44,556 nt of DNA, from NCBI GenBank assembly GCA_002256025.1, contig NKIB01014345.1, forward strand, positions 1-44,556, written 5' to 3'. The notes below the pieces were generated by a model, which was not told where the DNA came from, did not search any database, and worked only from the letters and a program-made list of their open reading frames with translations. A program made the position numbers and the translations under genes. Positions 21,325-33,264 of the stretch are shown here, one piece after another. Positions within the stretch are counted from its first letter, which is position 1; the number at the start of each line of letters is the position of its first letter. Source of the stretch: Asterionella formosa. Its lineage: Eukaryota.

Positions 21325-22765
21325 CTACAAAAAGTTCAACATTCAAAGGAGGTCGGATACAAACATAATGCAAGCCATACTATCCATCCAGTCTAGTTCA
21401 TTGAGATGAATAGGTACATCATACTTTGTTTTTTATTCTTTCAATGTCTCAAAAATAATGTATCGCAATGTTGCAACACTTGTGGTCCACATAGCGATAT
21501 TTTACATCTTTTATATAGTTCAGAGTGGACATACTATCACTGGAAAAATAACTTTCTTGATACCAATCATTATCTAAAGAACCCTCCCAGGTCGTGATCC
21601 CATCATCGACATTTTCATCAACAGTGAAGATTTCCAAACCAGTTTAGTTAGCTAGTATAAAGAGTGTAGGTATAGTAGTAAAGGACGTTATAGTAGCTAT
21701 ATTAGTCCGGTAATAGTTGTCTGAAGAGCCACCAGACACAAGAAAACAGCCAAGAAGTGGAAGACGAAGAGAACGAAAAACGAGTGATTTGATTTGATTT
21801 GAGTCATGGCTGATAGTTGTGTAGCATTAAAGGAGCGAGCCGAGCAGCTGAAACTCGATACTACTACCGGTATGTAACTAACGATCCTCCCTACACTGGT
21901 ACAAACTACTACGTAGGTACCTGGTACAGAGACCAGACTCGCTGCCGGATATAGTATTTGTGGAACACGTCATCATTTGGAAGGACTTCTTCCTGGCCGG
22001 GATACGGAAGTTTCGTGTGGCTGTGGTTGGTATGAAGATGAACACATCTGCCCACCATCCAATTGATCACATGCTTTTTATCATACATAGGAGGGAGGAG
22101 TAGAAAATTGATGTTATGATACCACGCTCTCGGAGGATGAGCAAGCCAAATGATCACGTGCGCCATGACGACCATCAAGCAAGAATGTCGTGATAGATGT
22201 TCCTTCCCTACGGTGCCTGGTACCAGGTACCCTGGTACTGGTATCAGGTCCTACTTGCCTCGATGTTCCTATGTAGCAGGTTGGTACCGGTACCTACACA
22301 CTCTCTACCGGTACCAGGTACTCACTCTCATGTACACGCTCGTCGTCTCAAAGTGCGTTTGGGACTGCTCGCCAGTGCTGTACATAGAGGTAGACAACGA
22401 AGCGGTACCAGGTGGTGTATATATAGTAACTGTAAAACAAAATTTACGTGGTACCGAATGCTTCTTACATACGTATCATGTGCATTATTTGTGATATGGA
22501 GAACACACAAAATTTCTTTCTTCGTGGCTGCTGCTGCCAACCAAACTGCATTTTGTGATAGGCGAATCTTTTTGATCCGGTCTTGTGTGGACCTTCAGGT
22601 AGAATATTATCAATAGGGCACAGAATTTCCGGGAAGCGGATAAAAAGTATTGACTTGAATTCATTCTGAGACTACCAGTAGTACATTGGGATTGAATTCT
22701 CCCCAGGTCGAACCGAATTGGAGCAACAAACCCGAATCCATTGACTCATTCAATTCCATTTCATC

Positions 22766-25700
22766 ATGGGTCTTCGGAAAGATGAAGTTGCCGTGGCGGA
22801 CCGACCCCCAGAGCCCAATTGGCACATTATGGAGATCAATGCAGTCGTCAGCACGCTCAAGGCTCCAGCGGACGTGATCAAGGTGGGGCTGACCTCGGAA
22901 GAAGCGGCTTCGCGGTTGGCACAGTACGGCCCGAATCAGCTGACCCCTGGGCGCAAAAAGACAATTTGGGAACGCATCTGGAATCAAATTAACAATATTC
23001 TTGTCTTGATTCTGTTTGTTGTTGCCATTGTTTCTGCCGTACAAGCATTTACTGCCAAAACCAGCAGTGATAAGATTACCAATTGGCTACAGTTCCTCAT
23101 CATCGTGGCTGTTGTGGTCATCAATACGTACATTGGTCTCGTCCAGGAAGGAGCTGCCGAAAAGGCTGGAGAAGCCCTCAAGGAAATGCTCTCCTCGGAT
23201 GCTCGCGTTATGCGAGATGGGAAGGAAGTTCTAATCGCAGCAACAGAGTTGGTTCCGGGAGACTTGGTCTTGTTGGGACTCGGAGATAAAGTTCCTTGTG
23301 ATATGCGTATCATTACATCGGCCAACTTGGCATGTGGAGAAGCCGCCTTGACAGGAGAACCGGTCCCAATTGATAAGGTCACGGAACCCATGCCTGTGTC
23401 GGAAGGACGAACTCCCGAACAAACGCCATTGGGTGATCGGTGCAATATGGCTTTTTCTGCAACGCTGGTGGCGCAAGGAACTGGGGTTGGAGTTTGTGTC
23501 ACCACTGGAGATTTCACTCAGATTGGTACTATCAACGCTCTCGTGACGCAAGTGGACGACAAGAAGACTGCCATCTTGGTGCAGATTGATACTATTTCCA
23601 AGGTTCTTGCTGTCTTTATTATCACTTGTGCTATCATTACCTTTTTGATTGCTTATCTCAAGACTGGAGAAAGTTGGATTGACGCTCTTACCATTTCCTT
23701 GGTCGCAGCCGTTGCGATGGTCCCCGCTGGCCTCGTGTCGATTTGCACGGCCGTGTTTGCGGTTGGTGTATCCGCAATGGCCAAGCGTAGTGCCATTGTT
23801 CGTGTCTTACCAGCCGTGGAAACTCTGGGATCCGTCACTGTTATTTGCTCTGACAAGACAGGGACATTGACGCAGAACCAAATGTCGCTCACAGCATTTG
23901 TCACATCCAACGCACGATACATTGTCGATGTCAATGCGTCAGAACGTTCCAATGCCAACTTTATCAGGGACGACTCGTTTCTTGCCACCCGTGCTGAGCA
24001 TCAAGTTGGAAAGAAGACATCCAGTGTGATTCGCGATGGTCCCAACGTAAAGGGAACTAGTACGCACGGAAAGACACTTAACGAATTTTCGATTGATTCC
24101 CTCAATACGCCCATGCCCACGGCGTATGCTGGCAAATCAGCATCCAGCAGAGCCCTTGTCAACGAACTACCTGTATCTCCTGGAGAATCCCCTTCTACCG
24201 AATTCATCAAATCAGCCTTGGCTGGAGGTGTTTTGTGCTCCAAGTGTGTCCTGGGAGTCAATGGTACGAAAGATGGTGATATTGGTAATCCCACCGAAAT
24301 TTCAATTCTACGTGCAGCCTACTTTGCCGGAATCGATATTGACGACCTCAAGACAGTTGCTACCTTTGTGACGGAAGTACCATTTTCTTCGGGATACAAA
24401 TTTATGGCCACTGTGCATCACACTGTTGCCGAGGTGGACGGTCCTGGCCTTGACGACAAGTATGTTGTTCATGCCAAGGGAGCTCCGGATCGTATGATTC
24501 CTCTTTGCAAGTACCAAGCCAAGGCTGGATTTGTCGATTCTAATATGACAGAACCGATTGACTCAAGATATTGGATCGAACAAATTGCCATTCTGTCGTC
24601 ACATGGTCTCCGTGTCTTGGCTCTCACTCGTGGGACTATCTCCAAGGCAGAGGTATCTGAAGGGGAGAACCTTGGACCTGATTTTATCAATGGAAAGGGA
24701 CCATGGCTTACCATGGTTGGACTCTGTGCGATCATTGACCCCCCTCGTCCTGAATGTGTTGAAGCTATCAAGTTGGCTCATTGTGCCGGTGTCCGAGTTG
24801 CCATGATTACCGGTGACCACAAGGATACAGCCGTGGCTATTGGACTCATGCTGGGAATTGTTGATGAGAAGTTTAGCGAAGCTGTTACTGGACCAGAGAT
24901 GGATGCCATGAGTGACGATGAACTCCGTATGACAGTCATGTCCGTTAATGTGTTTGCAAGAGCTTCTCCAGAAAACAAGATTCGTATTGTCAAGGCCCTT
25001 CAAGCTGAAGGACAAGTGGCAAGTATGACTGGTGATGGTGTCAACGATGCTCCTGCTCTCAAAGCTGCTGATATGGGTGTTGCCATGGGTAAAGAAGGAA
25101 CAGATGTCGCTCGTGAAGCATCTGAGATGATTTTGGCCGATGACAACTTTGCCAGCATTGTGGCAGCTGTGAAAGAAGGACGTGTCGTCTGGGAAAATAT
25201 TCGTAAAGCGATTCTTATCAACACGGCGATCAATAACGCTCAGGGTCTTTCCGTTCTTTTTGGGTATGCGTTTGGACTGGAATCAACTCCTTTGACTGCG
25301 ATTCAAGTGTTATACTCCAACTTGATTTGCGCCACGACTCTAGGTTTCGTTTGTGCTGTTGAACCTGCCGAAGATGGAATTATGAATGTCCCTCCTCGTC
25401 GCGTGGGCAAGCGGCTCATTGGACGTTACATCGGTCTTCGTATCATTATCGGCACAATCATTCTTACAGGCAGTGTGGTGGCATCGGTGTTCTGGGTCAA
25501 AGATTTGGGTTACGATGAGTTGCAACAGAGAGCTCAGGCCTTTAACGTGCTTGACTTTGGAGCAGTTTCCATCACCCTGAGTGCTCGATTTGCATACAAC
25601 TCTTCTTTCCACCCCCGCGTCTTTCAGGGCAACAAATATGTTAATTATTCCATTCTTTTTGTCATGGCAACCCAAGTGTTCCTCACCTACGTTCCCTACT

Positions 25701-25966
25701 TGAATGATGTTATCTTTGGTATGTCCGGTATGGATGTTATTCAATGGGGAATTTGTGCATTTTTTACTTTGATTGTTTTTATTGTAATGGAGTGCGAAAA
25801 GGCGGTGCTCAGAATGCTAAAGGCAAAGCATTATGACACAAGCGATCAAGAGGAAGATTTCCTTGACCCTAAGATTGAGATTCTACCCGAAGGCTCAGTA
25901 CTTGTCAAGCAACTTCCTCATCCTCCTCGAACTCCAGCTCCCGCAGCGTCTATCTCCGAACAGTAA
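22766..25966 (+). CDS. P-type cation-transporting ATPase, P2 type (PacL/CtpF/ENA-like architecture), intronless
   Basis: [69 protein letters not shown]; about 10 TM segments. Confidence 0.95.
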   Translation: MGLRKDEVAVADRPPEPNWHIMEINAVVSTLKAPADVIKVGLTSEEAASRLAQYGPNQLTPGRKKTIWERIWNQINNILVLILFVVAIVSAVQAFTAKTSSDKITNWLQFLIIVAVVVINTYIGLVQEGAAEKAGEALKEMLSSDARVMRDGKEVLIAATELVPGDLVLLGLGDKVPCDMRIITSANLACGEAALTGEPVPIDKVTEPMPVSEGRTPEQTPLGDRCNMAFSATLVAQGTGVGVCVTTGDFTQIGTINALVTQVDDKKTAILVQIDTISKVLAVFIITCAIITFLIAYLKTGESWIDALTISLVAAVAMVPAGLVSICTAVFAVGVSAMAKRSAIVRVLPAVETLGSVTVICSDKTGTLTQNQMSLTAFVTSNARYIVDVNASERSNANFIRDDSFLATRAEHQVGKKTSSVIRDGPNVKGTSTHGKTLNEFSIDSLNTPMPTAYAGKSASSRALVNELPVSPGESPSTEFIKSALAGGVLCSKCVLGVNGTKDGDIGNPTEISILRAAYFAGIDIDDLKTVATFVTEVPFSSGYKFMATVHHTVAEVDGPGLDDKYVVHAKGAPDRMIPLCKYQAKAGFVDSNMTEPIDSRYWIEQIAILSSHGLRVLALTRGTISKAEVSEGENLGPDFINGKGPWLTMVGLCAIIDPPRPECVEAIKLAHCAGVRVAMITGDHKDTAVAIGLMLGIVDEKFSEAVTGPEMDAMSDDELRMTVMSVNVFARASPENKIRIVKALQAEGQVASMTGDGVNDAPALKAADMGVAMGKEGTDVAREASEMILADDNFASIVAAVKEGRVVWENIRKAILINTAINNAQGLSVLFGYAFGLESTPLTAIQVLYSNLICATTLGFVCAVEPAEDGIMNVPPRRVGKRLIGRYIGLRIIIGTIILTGSVVASVFWVKDLGYDELQQRAQAFNVLDFGAVSITLSARFAYNSSFHPRVFQGNKYVNYSILFVMATQVFLTYVPYLNDVIFGMSGMDVIQWGICAFFTLIVFIVMECEKAVLRMLKAKHYDTSDQEEDFLDPKIEILPEGSVLVKQLPHPPRTPAPAASISEQ

Positions 25967-26472
25967 AATTTCCTCTCTGGACGTTTTTGGGCAAAAACAT
26001 AGACAAGCTCATATTTATTTTTGTTGGCTTTACATATTGAAAGGAATTAATTTGTAGGTAAGATGAGTCGAGATGGATTGGAAAGACTCTTGTCATGATC
26101 ACTGCTGTTGATTAAGTAATAGTAAGGGCAGGTCTTATCAGACATTTGATTGACTTTTTATTGTTTTTTTAGAAATAGTTCATCTTTGCAATGATACATT
26201 TCACAAATATATGTTAGAAATGGCAAAACAGTTCGCTGTTTTTTGTGTCTCTGCGAACATGTGCATCAGCAAAATAAAGCAATGTGTGCTTCAATTCTAC
26301 AACCTGCCTGATGATCATCATTACTCAAATGAAAATGACACATCGACTGGTAGAACCTGACAGTTGGGCTGTCATTGACACTCTTGATTCAGAACAGGAA
26401 ATACATGACCAACAGAGATTTCTGTTACTTGCAGCAGTTGCCTTATCATTTTGGAATCATCCTATGGACGAA

Positions 26473-26554
26473 ACTCAAAGCCAATGCAATCAGCAAAATG
26501 TGAGCATCAATTCCGACTCAAAGCCAATGCAATCAGCAAAATGTGAGCATCAAT
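26473..26554. repeat. Perfect 39-bp direct repeat, period 43
   Basis: ACTCAAAGCCAATGCAATCAGCAAAATGTGAGCATCAAT at 26473-26511 and 26516-26554. Confidence 0.95.
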
Positions 26555-26555
26555 G

Positions 26556-27292
26556 ACTTCACTGGAATGATCATGTCACAAAGCTTCTCCATGAGAATAC
26601 TTTTCATCATGAATATTTCAGATCTTTCAAGCTTTCAATCACCACCTTCTGGAGCTAATTTGACCTTAAAAATCACATTTGATGCTGTCAAATCCAATAC
26701 AAGTTCTGGTTTATCCTGCACAAGCAAATCAGCATATTTATCCCAAGTTGATCCTTGCCATTGGCCTTCACTGGCTTGCAGGCAGAAACCTCATAGACAT
26801 TTGAAATGTCTATGGAGTTCCTTATCCATCTGTTTATGTAGTCACTCAAACCTTCCATGATGCTGTGAACTCTTGCCCAGCACTATAAATTAAATTCCCT
26901 GCAACAAAAAAGGAGAAACAAGCAGTGATGAATGGATTTCCTGAAAAAAACGAGCAGCAACTATTTTGCAGATGTGTTGGTGATATAAATGGTTATTTAC
27001 AGTCTATCACCAAACCAAGAATAAGGGATTGAAATGACTTCCATCAAAGGAGCATTATATGTCCTCATATGGACTAAATGTTCAAACTGTTTGAAACAGT
27101 AATTGTTGTTTCCTATACTTTGGTGACAAGGCATTTGAGAGGACATGGCCCTCTCAGATTATATCCAACCTTTGTCCACCAGGTCAATACAAAGCAGGTA
27201 ATGCTGCTTACATGTTGACTAATCAAGTCCTCTGCCCATTGTTGGAAGTCAAAGATAATCAACAAACAAAGATACATACTTTGTTATTACTT
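26556..27292 (+). pseudogene. Decayed PIF/Harbinger (DDE_Tnp_4 / HARBI1-like) transposase
   Basis: Manual translation across frameshifts: HWNDHVTKLLHENTF...HIYPKLILAIGLHWLAGRNLIDI*NVYGVPYPSVY...DAVNSCPAL*IKFP...CRCVGDINGYL...YGLNVQTV*NSNCCFLY...PGQYKAGNAAYMLTNQVLCP. This follows the Harbinger consensus LRWLAGG.Y.DI, CVGAIDG, GLNVQAVCD, GD.AY.L...LLTP. Confidence 0.85.
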
Positions 27293-29007
27293 GCAACCCA
27301 CTAATCATCCAGTTCCCTTGGTGCAGAGTTTCTTTCATTGTCTGAAGAATCAAATGATTCCATGATAAGAAGTAGTAGCAACAACAGCAAGCAAGCTCAA
27401 ATCATTTACAAGTGATGACAAACATAATGACATGAGTATCGATAATATTTGCCGTTGATCCCTTTTCCCAACATTTTTTTCTGTTGCTGTACGTTAGAGA
27501 TAAAAAATGGTGTCTTTTCTGATTAATTTAAATACATAACAAAAATTAAATTTGTAAAAATAGTGTTGCTTAACTCTGTATCTGCAGCGATACACACAGA
27601 TACACGTTTTGGAGCAACAAAAACTGTGTTGCTGAAAGCAATGGACATACCATATAAATCAGTGTCCTGGGAGGACCCTGTAATGTTTACTACCGTGACT
27701 GAATTTTACTGATTTCAGTAAAAGAGGGTCCAGGAATATGGTGAGATTTCCCTTTTACTAAACTTCAATAAATTTTATTAGTTCTACATGATGGCGCTCT
27801 GCCTATTATCTAATAAATAATAGTATTACCGATATTTCGGAAAAGTAAAATTGAAAGCGTTCTTTGCATTCTCAACCTGGCTGCTTTTGTTTCTGTAGTC
27901 CCTTGGGTTCTGGGTGATGAGGTAGACAGCAAGCAGGCATAAGGCGCTCTGGGGGGGGAGGGGGCGGGGCCAAGTGCGACTTCACGACCTCCACAATTGT
28001 CGATTTCTTTAACAATAGAGAACTGAAAAAATTCACTTAATAATTTTAAATTTATATATATGACTATACTTTTTGTCCAAGTAAAAAGAAAGACTACTAC
28101 AGTACTACAGCGCTGATCACAGAATTTAGTGGTACATAATCTACAGGGACCTCCGGGTCCAGATAGTTAATAAACCCTAAAAACGACCAATTCACCATGA
28201 CGAAAGGCGCTTTCCAAGCGGCCAAGAACCAGGCAAAGAAAGAACAGCTCATGCATGTGGGACAGAACCATAAGATAGTAATGAAATCCGAAAGAAAGAG
28301 AAAGCAGAAAGAGGAGGAGATGGAAAAGCAAACAAAGGAGCAGTGAAAACCAGCGATTGCATGGATGTTGATTTGGCGTTTTCCACAAATGCTACACACA
28401 GTTGGGGAATTCACAGCAATGGAATTAACAAAACGCAAACAGAAGAAGAACCAGGCAAAGGCAGTAGCTTAATAACTTTTTCACTACACCGAGCGCTATT
28501 ATAGTGCAAGAAGTAGAAGAATACAAGAATTGCGATGTGCCAAACATTATCAAGAATAAAGAAGATGACAGAAAAATGAAGAAGTTACTGATGAAGAAAT
28601 TGCTCTAGAGCTGGATGGGCTGCTCAAAGCAATAATTTTTGTGATAATGAAGACAAAGACAAAAAACAATGAGTTGGAAGCCCTGGAATCACCAATTGTT
28701 CTGGAGACTTCAAATTGAATCACCAGATTGGGGCCAAACGGGAAATCTTTAATCCAATCCACACTCACCATCCCATTCTCCGGCCGACACAAGAAGTGCA
28801 GTCATAGAGAACTGAACCAAGAATAAAGCTACTACCACAATTTTTTAAAACTACTTCCACAAGAGGAAGTGACTATCAACCAAACCTTTCCCCCCCCCAC
28901 CTTATGTGGGCCATGGAGCGCAATGACAGCAACTCTAGAAATAAAATAGTAACAATGCCCTAAAAAAATGATTAATATATATGTATAAATTACTATCTTC
29001 ACTTGTA

Positions 29008-29063
29008 GAGGAATGGCTTAGTCGGTTGAGCACGTTGCCTTTGTTGTGTGGTTTGATTCCCGC
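29008..29063 (+). other. Degenerate tRNA-like Pol III promoter (possible SINE head or tRNA pseudogene)
   Basis: A-box-like TGGCTTAGTCGG (29014-29025) and B-box-like GGTTTGATTCCC (29050-29061); spacing too short and no cloverleaf. Confidence 0.3.
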
Positions 29064-29649
29064 AATTGTTTTGAGAAGAAATTGTTGGGGTCCCTTACCA
29101 CACTCTTTACCATCCCGCACGGTCTTGCCTGGTGTGTAAGAAATAGTGGGTTTGCCCCTTTACAAGCAGCTTGTGCCGCCTGCCTTGCCTGGTGCTGGTT
29201 GTCAGAGTTTCCCCCAATGCTGTGGCAAAGATGATCACCTTTCGCAAAAGGTGGTTGGGGACTTACCTAGCTATGCTAACAAAATTAAGAAGGCACAAGT
29301 CTTTTTGGCTGGTAGCACAATGAATTCTTGTTTTGTAAATGGGGAGTTTGATGAATTAAACAGATATTTATCATTATTATGTTCACTTTTATATTTGATC
29401 CCTCAGTGAAGGCATACAGTGACACATATATACACACCTTTCCTTTCTAATTTTGACCATTTACATGTATGCACTGACTTTTTGAAAACCAAAGCAAAAG
29501 CTATATTAATCAGCATCATGAACATGCGCCAGTACACTTGACAAGTTCAAGGAGCTCTTAAGAAGTCACTTCACCTTCTGCTGCCTCTTCAAGTGTATAG
29601 CTGCCTTCACCATGGTAAAAGTGTTCTGATCACCTTCAGAAATGATATT

Positions 29650-31256
29650 GAATTCTTCTTACAAGTCCATTCATCTCAGTCGTATCAGCATTTTGTTGTT
29701 GGTAATGGAATATCGCCTGCTTGCTTGTACCATATTGCCATTGGTTTCGTTTGTGCTACTGTCCACTCAGCTGGCTGTTTGTTAAGCGATCTGATTGCAT
29801 AAACCTTGTTTGCAAGCGCCATGTGTGCATCTATTTTCTTATTCTCTCGCTCACTCTGCACTTCTTCTGTATTTTAGCTGGTCATCGACCACTTCAGGAC
29901 CCGACAAGTACCTGCCTGCAGCGACATGAAGACCGGCTGTGTATCGTTTATTGCTTGCAATCGCTCTTAGTGCCGTTTCTTTAGGTTAGCGGGCAAGTTC
30001 ATCCAGATTTATTCCGTTTCTAGCGTCCTCACGATTGCGATACTGTACGACCTGATCAACAAGGGTTCCAGTGATGCCTTAGCTCAAGTTTAGTCCTGAT
30101 GGGGGAATGGAAGACGCGGGTTGATTATTTTTTTCTGTTTGCAGATTTGAGGTACTTGTCAGTTGAATTTCTGGATGGAGCAAGGGTGGCATCATCGTCA
30201 TTAGTTTCACGGACATTCCCCAAATCTTCACAGGTAAGTCCATCTTCATTATTTGCTTCTTATTCTTTCTCTTCATTTTTTCTCACCCTTCCGTTTTCAT
30301 TATTTGCTTCTTTTTCTTTTCCTTCATTATTTCTCATCCTTGCAACACTTGCACCATCACTACTCATGAATGCATCAAGTGGTGGGAGTTGGACATTAAT
30401 ACTTGAATTCGCAGTCAGGGTAGAATTGATAAGATGTGTCGTGTCAACGACTGTGATTCATTTAGCTAGTGTCATAGGAGCAGGTAATTGTACTAGTTTA
30501 TTAGTTGCCTTTCCTGCCTGATTTAGCTTCTGCAAATGGTACTGGACCATAGGTTTTGTTAGCCAAGTCTGTGTAGCCGCCTTAGATGCAACAATATTCG
30601 AGATTGCACCATATGGTAGTTTCCCATTGTTATTTGCCTTTAAAGTTTCTAATTCCATTACTATATTATTTAAAATAAGCAACACAACAGTCTTATCCAA
30701 TGAGTTAGGTATCACCTTGTACTTTTTGGATGGTTGAGGCTGTTTTCTTGCTGTAAGTTTGAACAATGTTAATATGATGATCGCGATTCGACTCATTTTG
30801 TGGTGCATCGGAAGCAATTTCTGATGTGAATTACGGTCTCACATATAAATATGGCGCGATTTCTTTGGCCTACAAAAATATTGCATTCATTTACTTTGAG
30901 TGACTCATTGATTCATTTATTGCTATAGTAGATTGTCCGTGGCGGTTAAACGCAACTAAATAAATATTAGGTATTAAGTTTTCTTCACAAATGCATATGT
31001 GCAGTTTCAGGAGATGCCGGCTCAATGGTACAATATTTTCCCCCCTTTTTGGCCGATCGCTACTTTCCGACACATTTATCTGATTATCTAAACCACAAGA
31101 CCCAATCGACAACAAGACATGTTGTATCCGGCGCAACGTCAGGAACAACTTTGTTGTACCAAAAATAGTAAATAGTCATAACTGGAAAATTAGAAAAAGT
31201 CTATGCATACGCAGTGAATATTATATTGTTAAGTGACTCAAAGCCATTTTTAACTG
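29650..31256 (-). mobile_element. Internally deleted DNA-transposon relic (possibly pogo/Tc1-mariner-like)
   Basis: Broken minus-strand reading frame (NNGKLPYGAISNIV...WLTKPMVQYHL; GLNLS*GITGTLVDQVVQYRNREDARNGINLDELAR*PKETALRAIASNKRYTAG). Its 31044-31256 end is shared with the TIR-bearing end of the adjacent MITE. No DDE core visible, so the superfamily call is from recalled similarity only. Confidence 0.5.
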
Positions 31257-31532
31257 ACCTAAAAACTGAGAGTCAACGTTTAATAACTCCTTCTTCCAAC
31301 TAAAATTATCAAAGTTTCTTAAATCATAAAATTCGAGCTAAGTACGAACTTTTATTGTAGTCGATAGAACAGGGATTCTATCATTTAATCAGTTAATTTT
31401 ACCCATTTTGACTCATAACGTTGTCTTTCATTAAATATTTTTTAATTTATACAGGTAGATTTTTTACCCCTAAACCTTGTTTTATTTTGCTTATTGGATT
31501 GTTTCCACAAAACAGTTGTATACCAGGTACCC

Positions 31533-32348
31533 TGGTACCAGTTAAAAATGGCTTTGAGCCACGTTATTATATCGTTTTCCGACTAATTCTAGAATTATGC
31601 TAAAATCGATCCCCTCTTTCGCCCTTTGGCACAATATTAGTTAGTTCATTAAGCTACATGAGAATTAAATCATTTTTTACTTGAACACATATTTACTGAG
31701 ATCTATAAATTTTAAAAGTGACAAAAACGGCCAAAGTGGCTCAAAGCCATTGATTAAAATTCTAACATACATGAAGGTTTTTTTATAGGCGACGGTTAGA
31801 AAATATTACGGTATATCGTTTGCATGTTTTTTTTCGCAGCCAGAAGCTGCATCTTTCTTATACTGATGGTATCACTTTAATTTTATCTTGTTGGTTCCAT
31901 CAAAGACTCCTCGCATTCTTTCGCTGCAGTCGTTGCATCGCACATTCTTAGACTCCCATCGTATCTTGTCGTGTAGGGTGAGGAAGTGGCACCATTGCAG
32001 TTGCAACTGGTACTGCAGCGTCGCCACACATCATAGTGTCATGGTATCTGGTAAGTACAAGTTGCTTCGTTGTTAGGAATGGAAGATTGCCTGCTCGCTT
32101 GTAACTTTTTTGCCACTTTTTTTGGCCGATCGCTACTTTCCGACACATTTATCTGATTTTCTAAAGCACAAAGCTTATCCGACAGCTAGATATGTTGTAT
32201 CCGGCGCAACATCAGGAACAACTTTGTCTTACTAAAAATAGTCATAACTGGAAAATTAGAAAAAATCTATGTATACACAGTTAATATTATATCGTTAAGT
32301 GACTCAAAGCCATTCGAAGTGGCTCAAAGCCATTTTTAACTGTTACCA
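31533..32348. mobile_element. MITE with 30-bp TIRs, same family as the 29650-31256 relic
   Basis: TGGTACCAGTTAAAAATGGCTTTGAGCCAC (31533-31562) versus reverse complement of 32319-32348: 29/30 identical. 32117-32342 is a diverged direct repeat of 31044-31256. Confidence 0.85.
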
Positions 32349-32822
32349 TACGGTATTTGTCAAGAATTCGTTTGGACCTCGCATATTAATCACTTCAAGT
32401 TTTCATATGTCCAGTGGTCCTCCTCTTGTTTCAACTCATTTCACAGCCAGGTGATTGTGGTGATTTCAAGAAAAAATCTCTTACGTACTGTTTCAGGTAG
32501 TCAGTCATGTTCTGCATTTATGTATAGGACCGGTAAGCACAATGACGTCGTTGCATATTTTGTACCTGTTCGGACACTAAATGAATCTATCGACGGAAAT
32601 ACTTTCTGAAATCATCATATTCGTACATGTATATTGAACGTGATGCCAGCTGAACGGAGTACCGGTAATCATTTATTTTGCTTTTTCATTCCATTTCCCT
32701 TCGACAGCAACCTTTGGGACTAAAAATGGACGTATCGAGGTACATTTTTAGAAAAACAGACCTCGCAGTCCACAACTGCGTGGCCGCAACCTTGCTACCG
32801 GTATTTTCGTTTTAGACTTACG

Positions 32823-32963
32823 GAGAAAACGGTGGTGAAGTTGATTTTTTATAGGTAATGTTCAATGTCTTGTACTTCCCCGTTGAGAAAACGGAGGTGG
32901 AGTTGATTTTTTAAAGGTAATGTTGGATGATCAAACAAGGACCGATGTCTTGTACTTCCCCGT
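32823..32963. repeat. Tandem duplication (~62-bp unit) upstream of the M11 gene
   Basis: GAGAAAACGG.GGTG.AGTTGATTTTTTA.AGGTAATGTT...ATGTCTTGTACTTCCCCGTT twice, the second copy with an insertion. Confidence 0.9.
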
Positions 32964-33264
32964 TAAGTAAAATCAGTCGTGGCTGTGTACATTGAGGGAT
33001 ACCAGACACATTTACGGTCGCCGGAAAGAAAATGACTCACTGATAGATGCCTCGGCCGATCCACTGTCCGCGAAATGTATCATTTCAAGAAAAGAAATAC
33101 CGGTCCCAGGTATGTACCGGTTTACATACCGGTATACCGGTGTTACACATGTATATAGAGGGTTAAAAATGAAGTCGTTGGCAAATTTGCATAGATCCAA
33201 AGACATTCATAATTTAGTGATCATCACAAGGGGAAAAGCCGAGGTGTGCTCGAGCAAAAGGAAG

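Noticed and set aside
22984..25744. Many antisense and alternate-frame ORFs over the ATPase (likewise over DHCR7 and the 9654-13205 gene)
   Set aside because: Shadow ORFs of real genes with no independent motifs.
26473..26554. 39-bp direct repeats as a CRISPR-like array
   Set aside because: Only two copies with a 4-nt spacer, eukaryotic context and no cas genes; a simple tandem duplication.
29008..29063. Functional tRNA gene
   Set aside because: A/B-box spacing is too short and no acceptor or anticodon stems can be formed.
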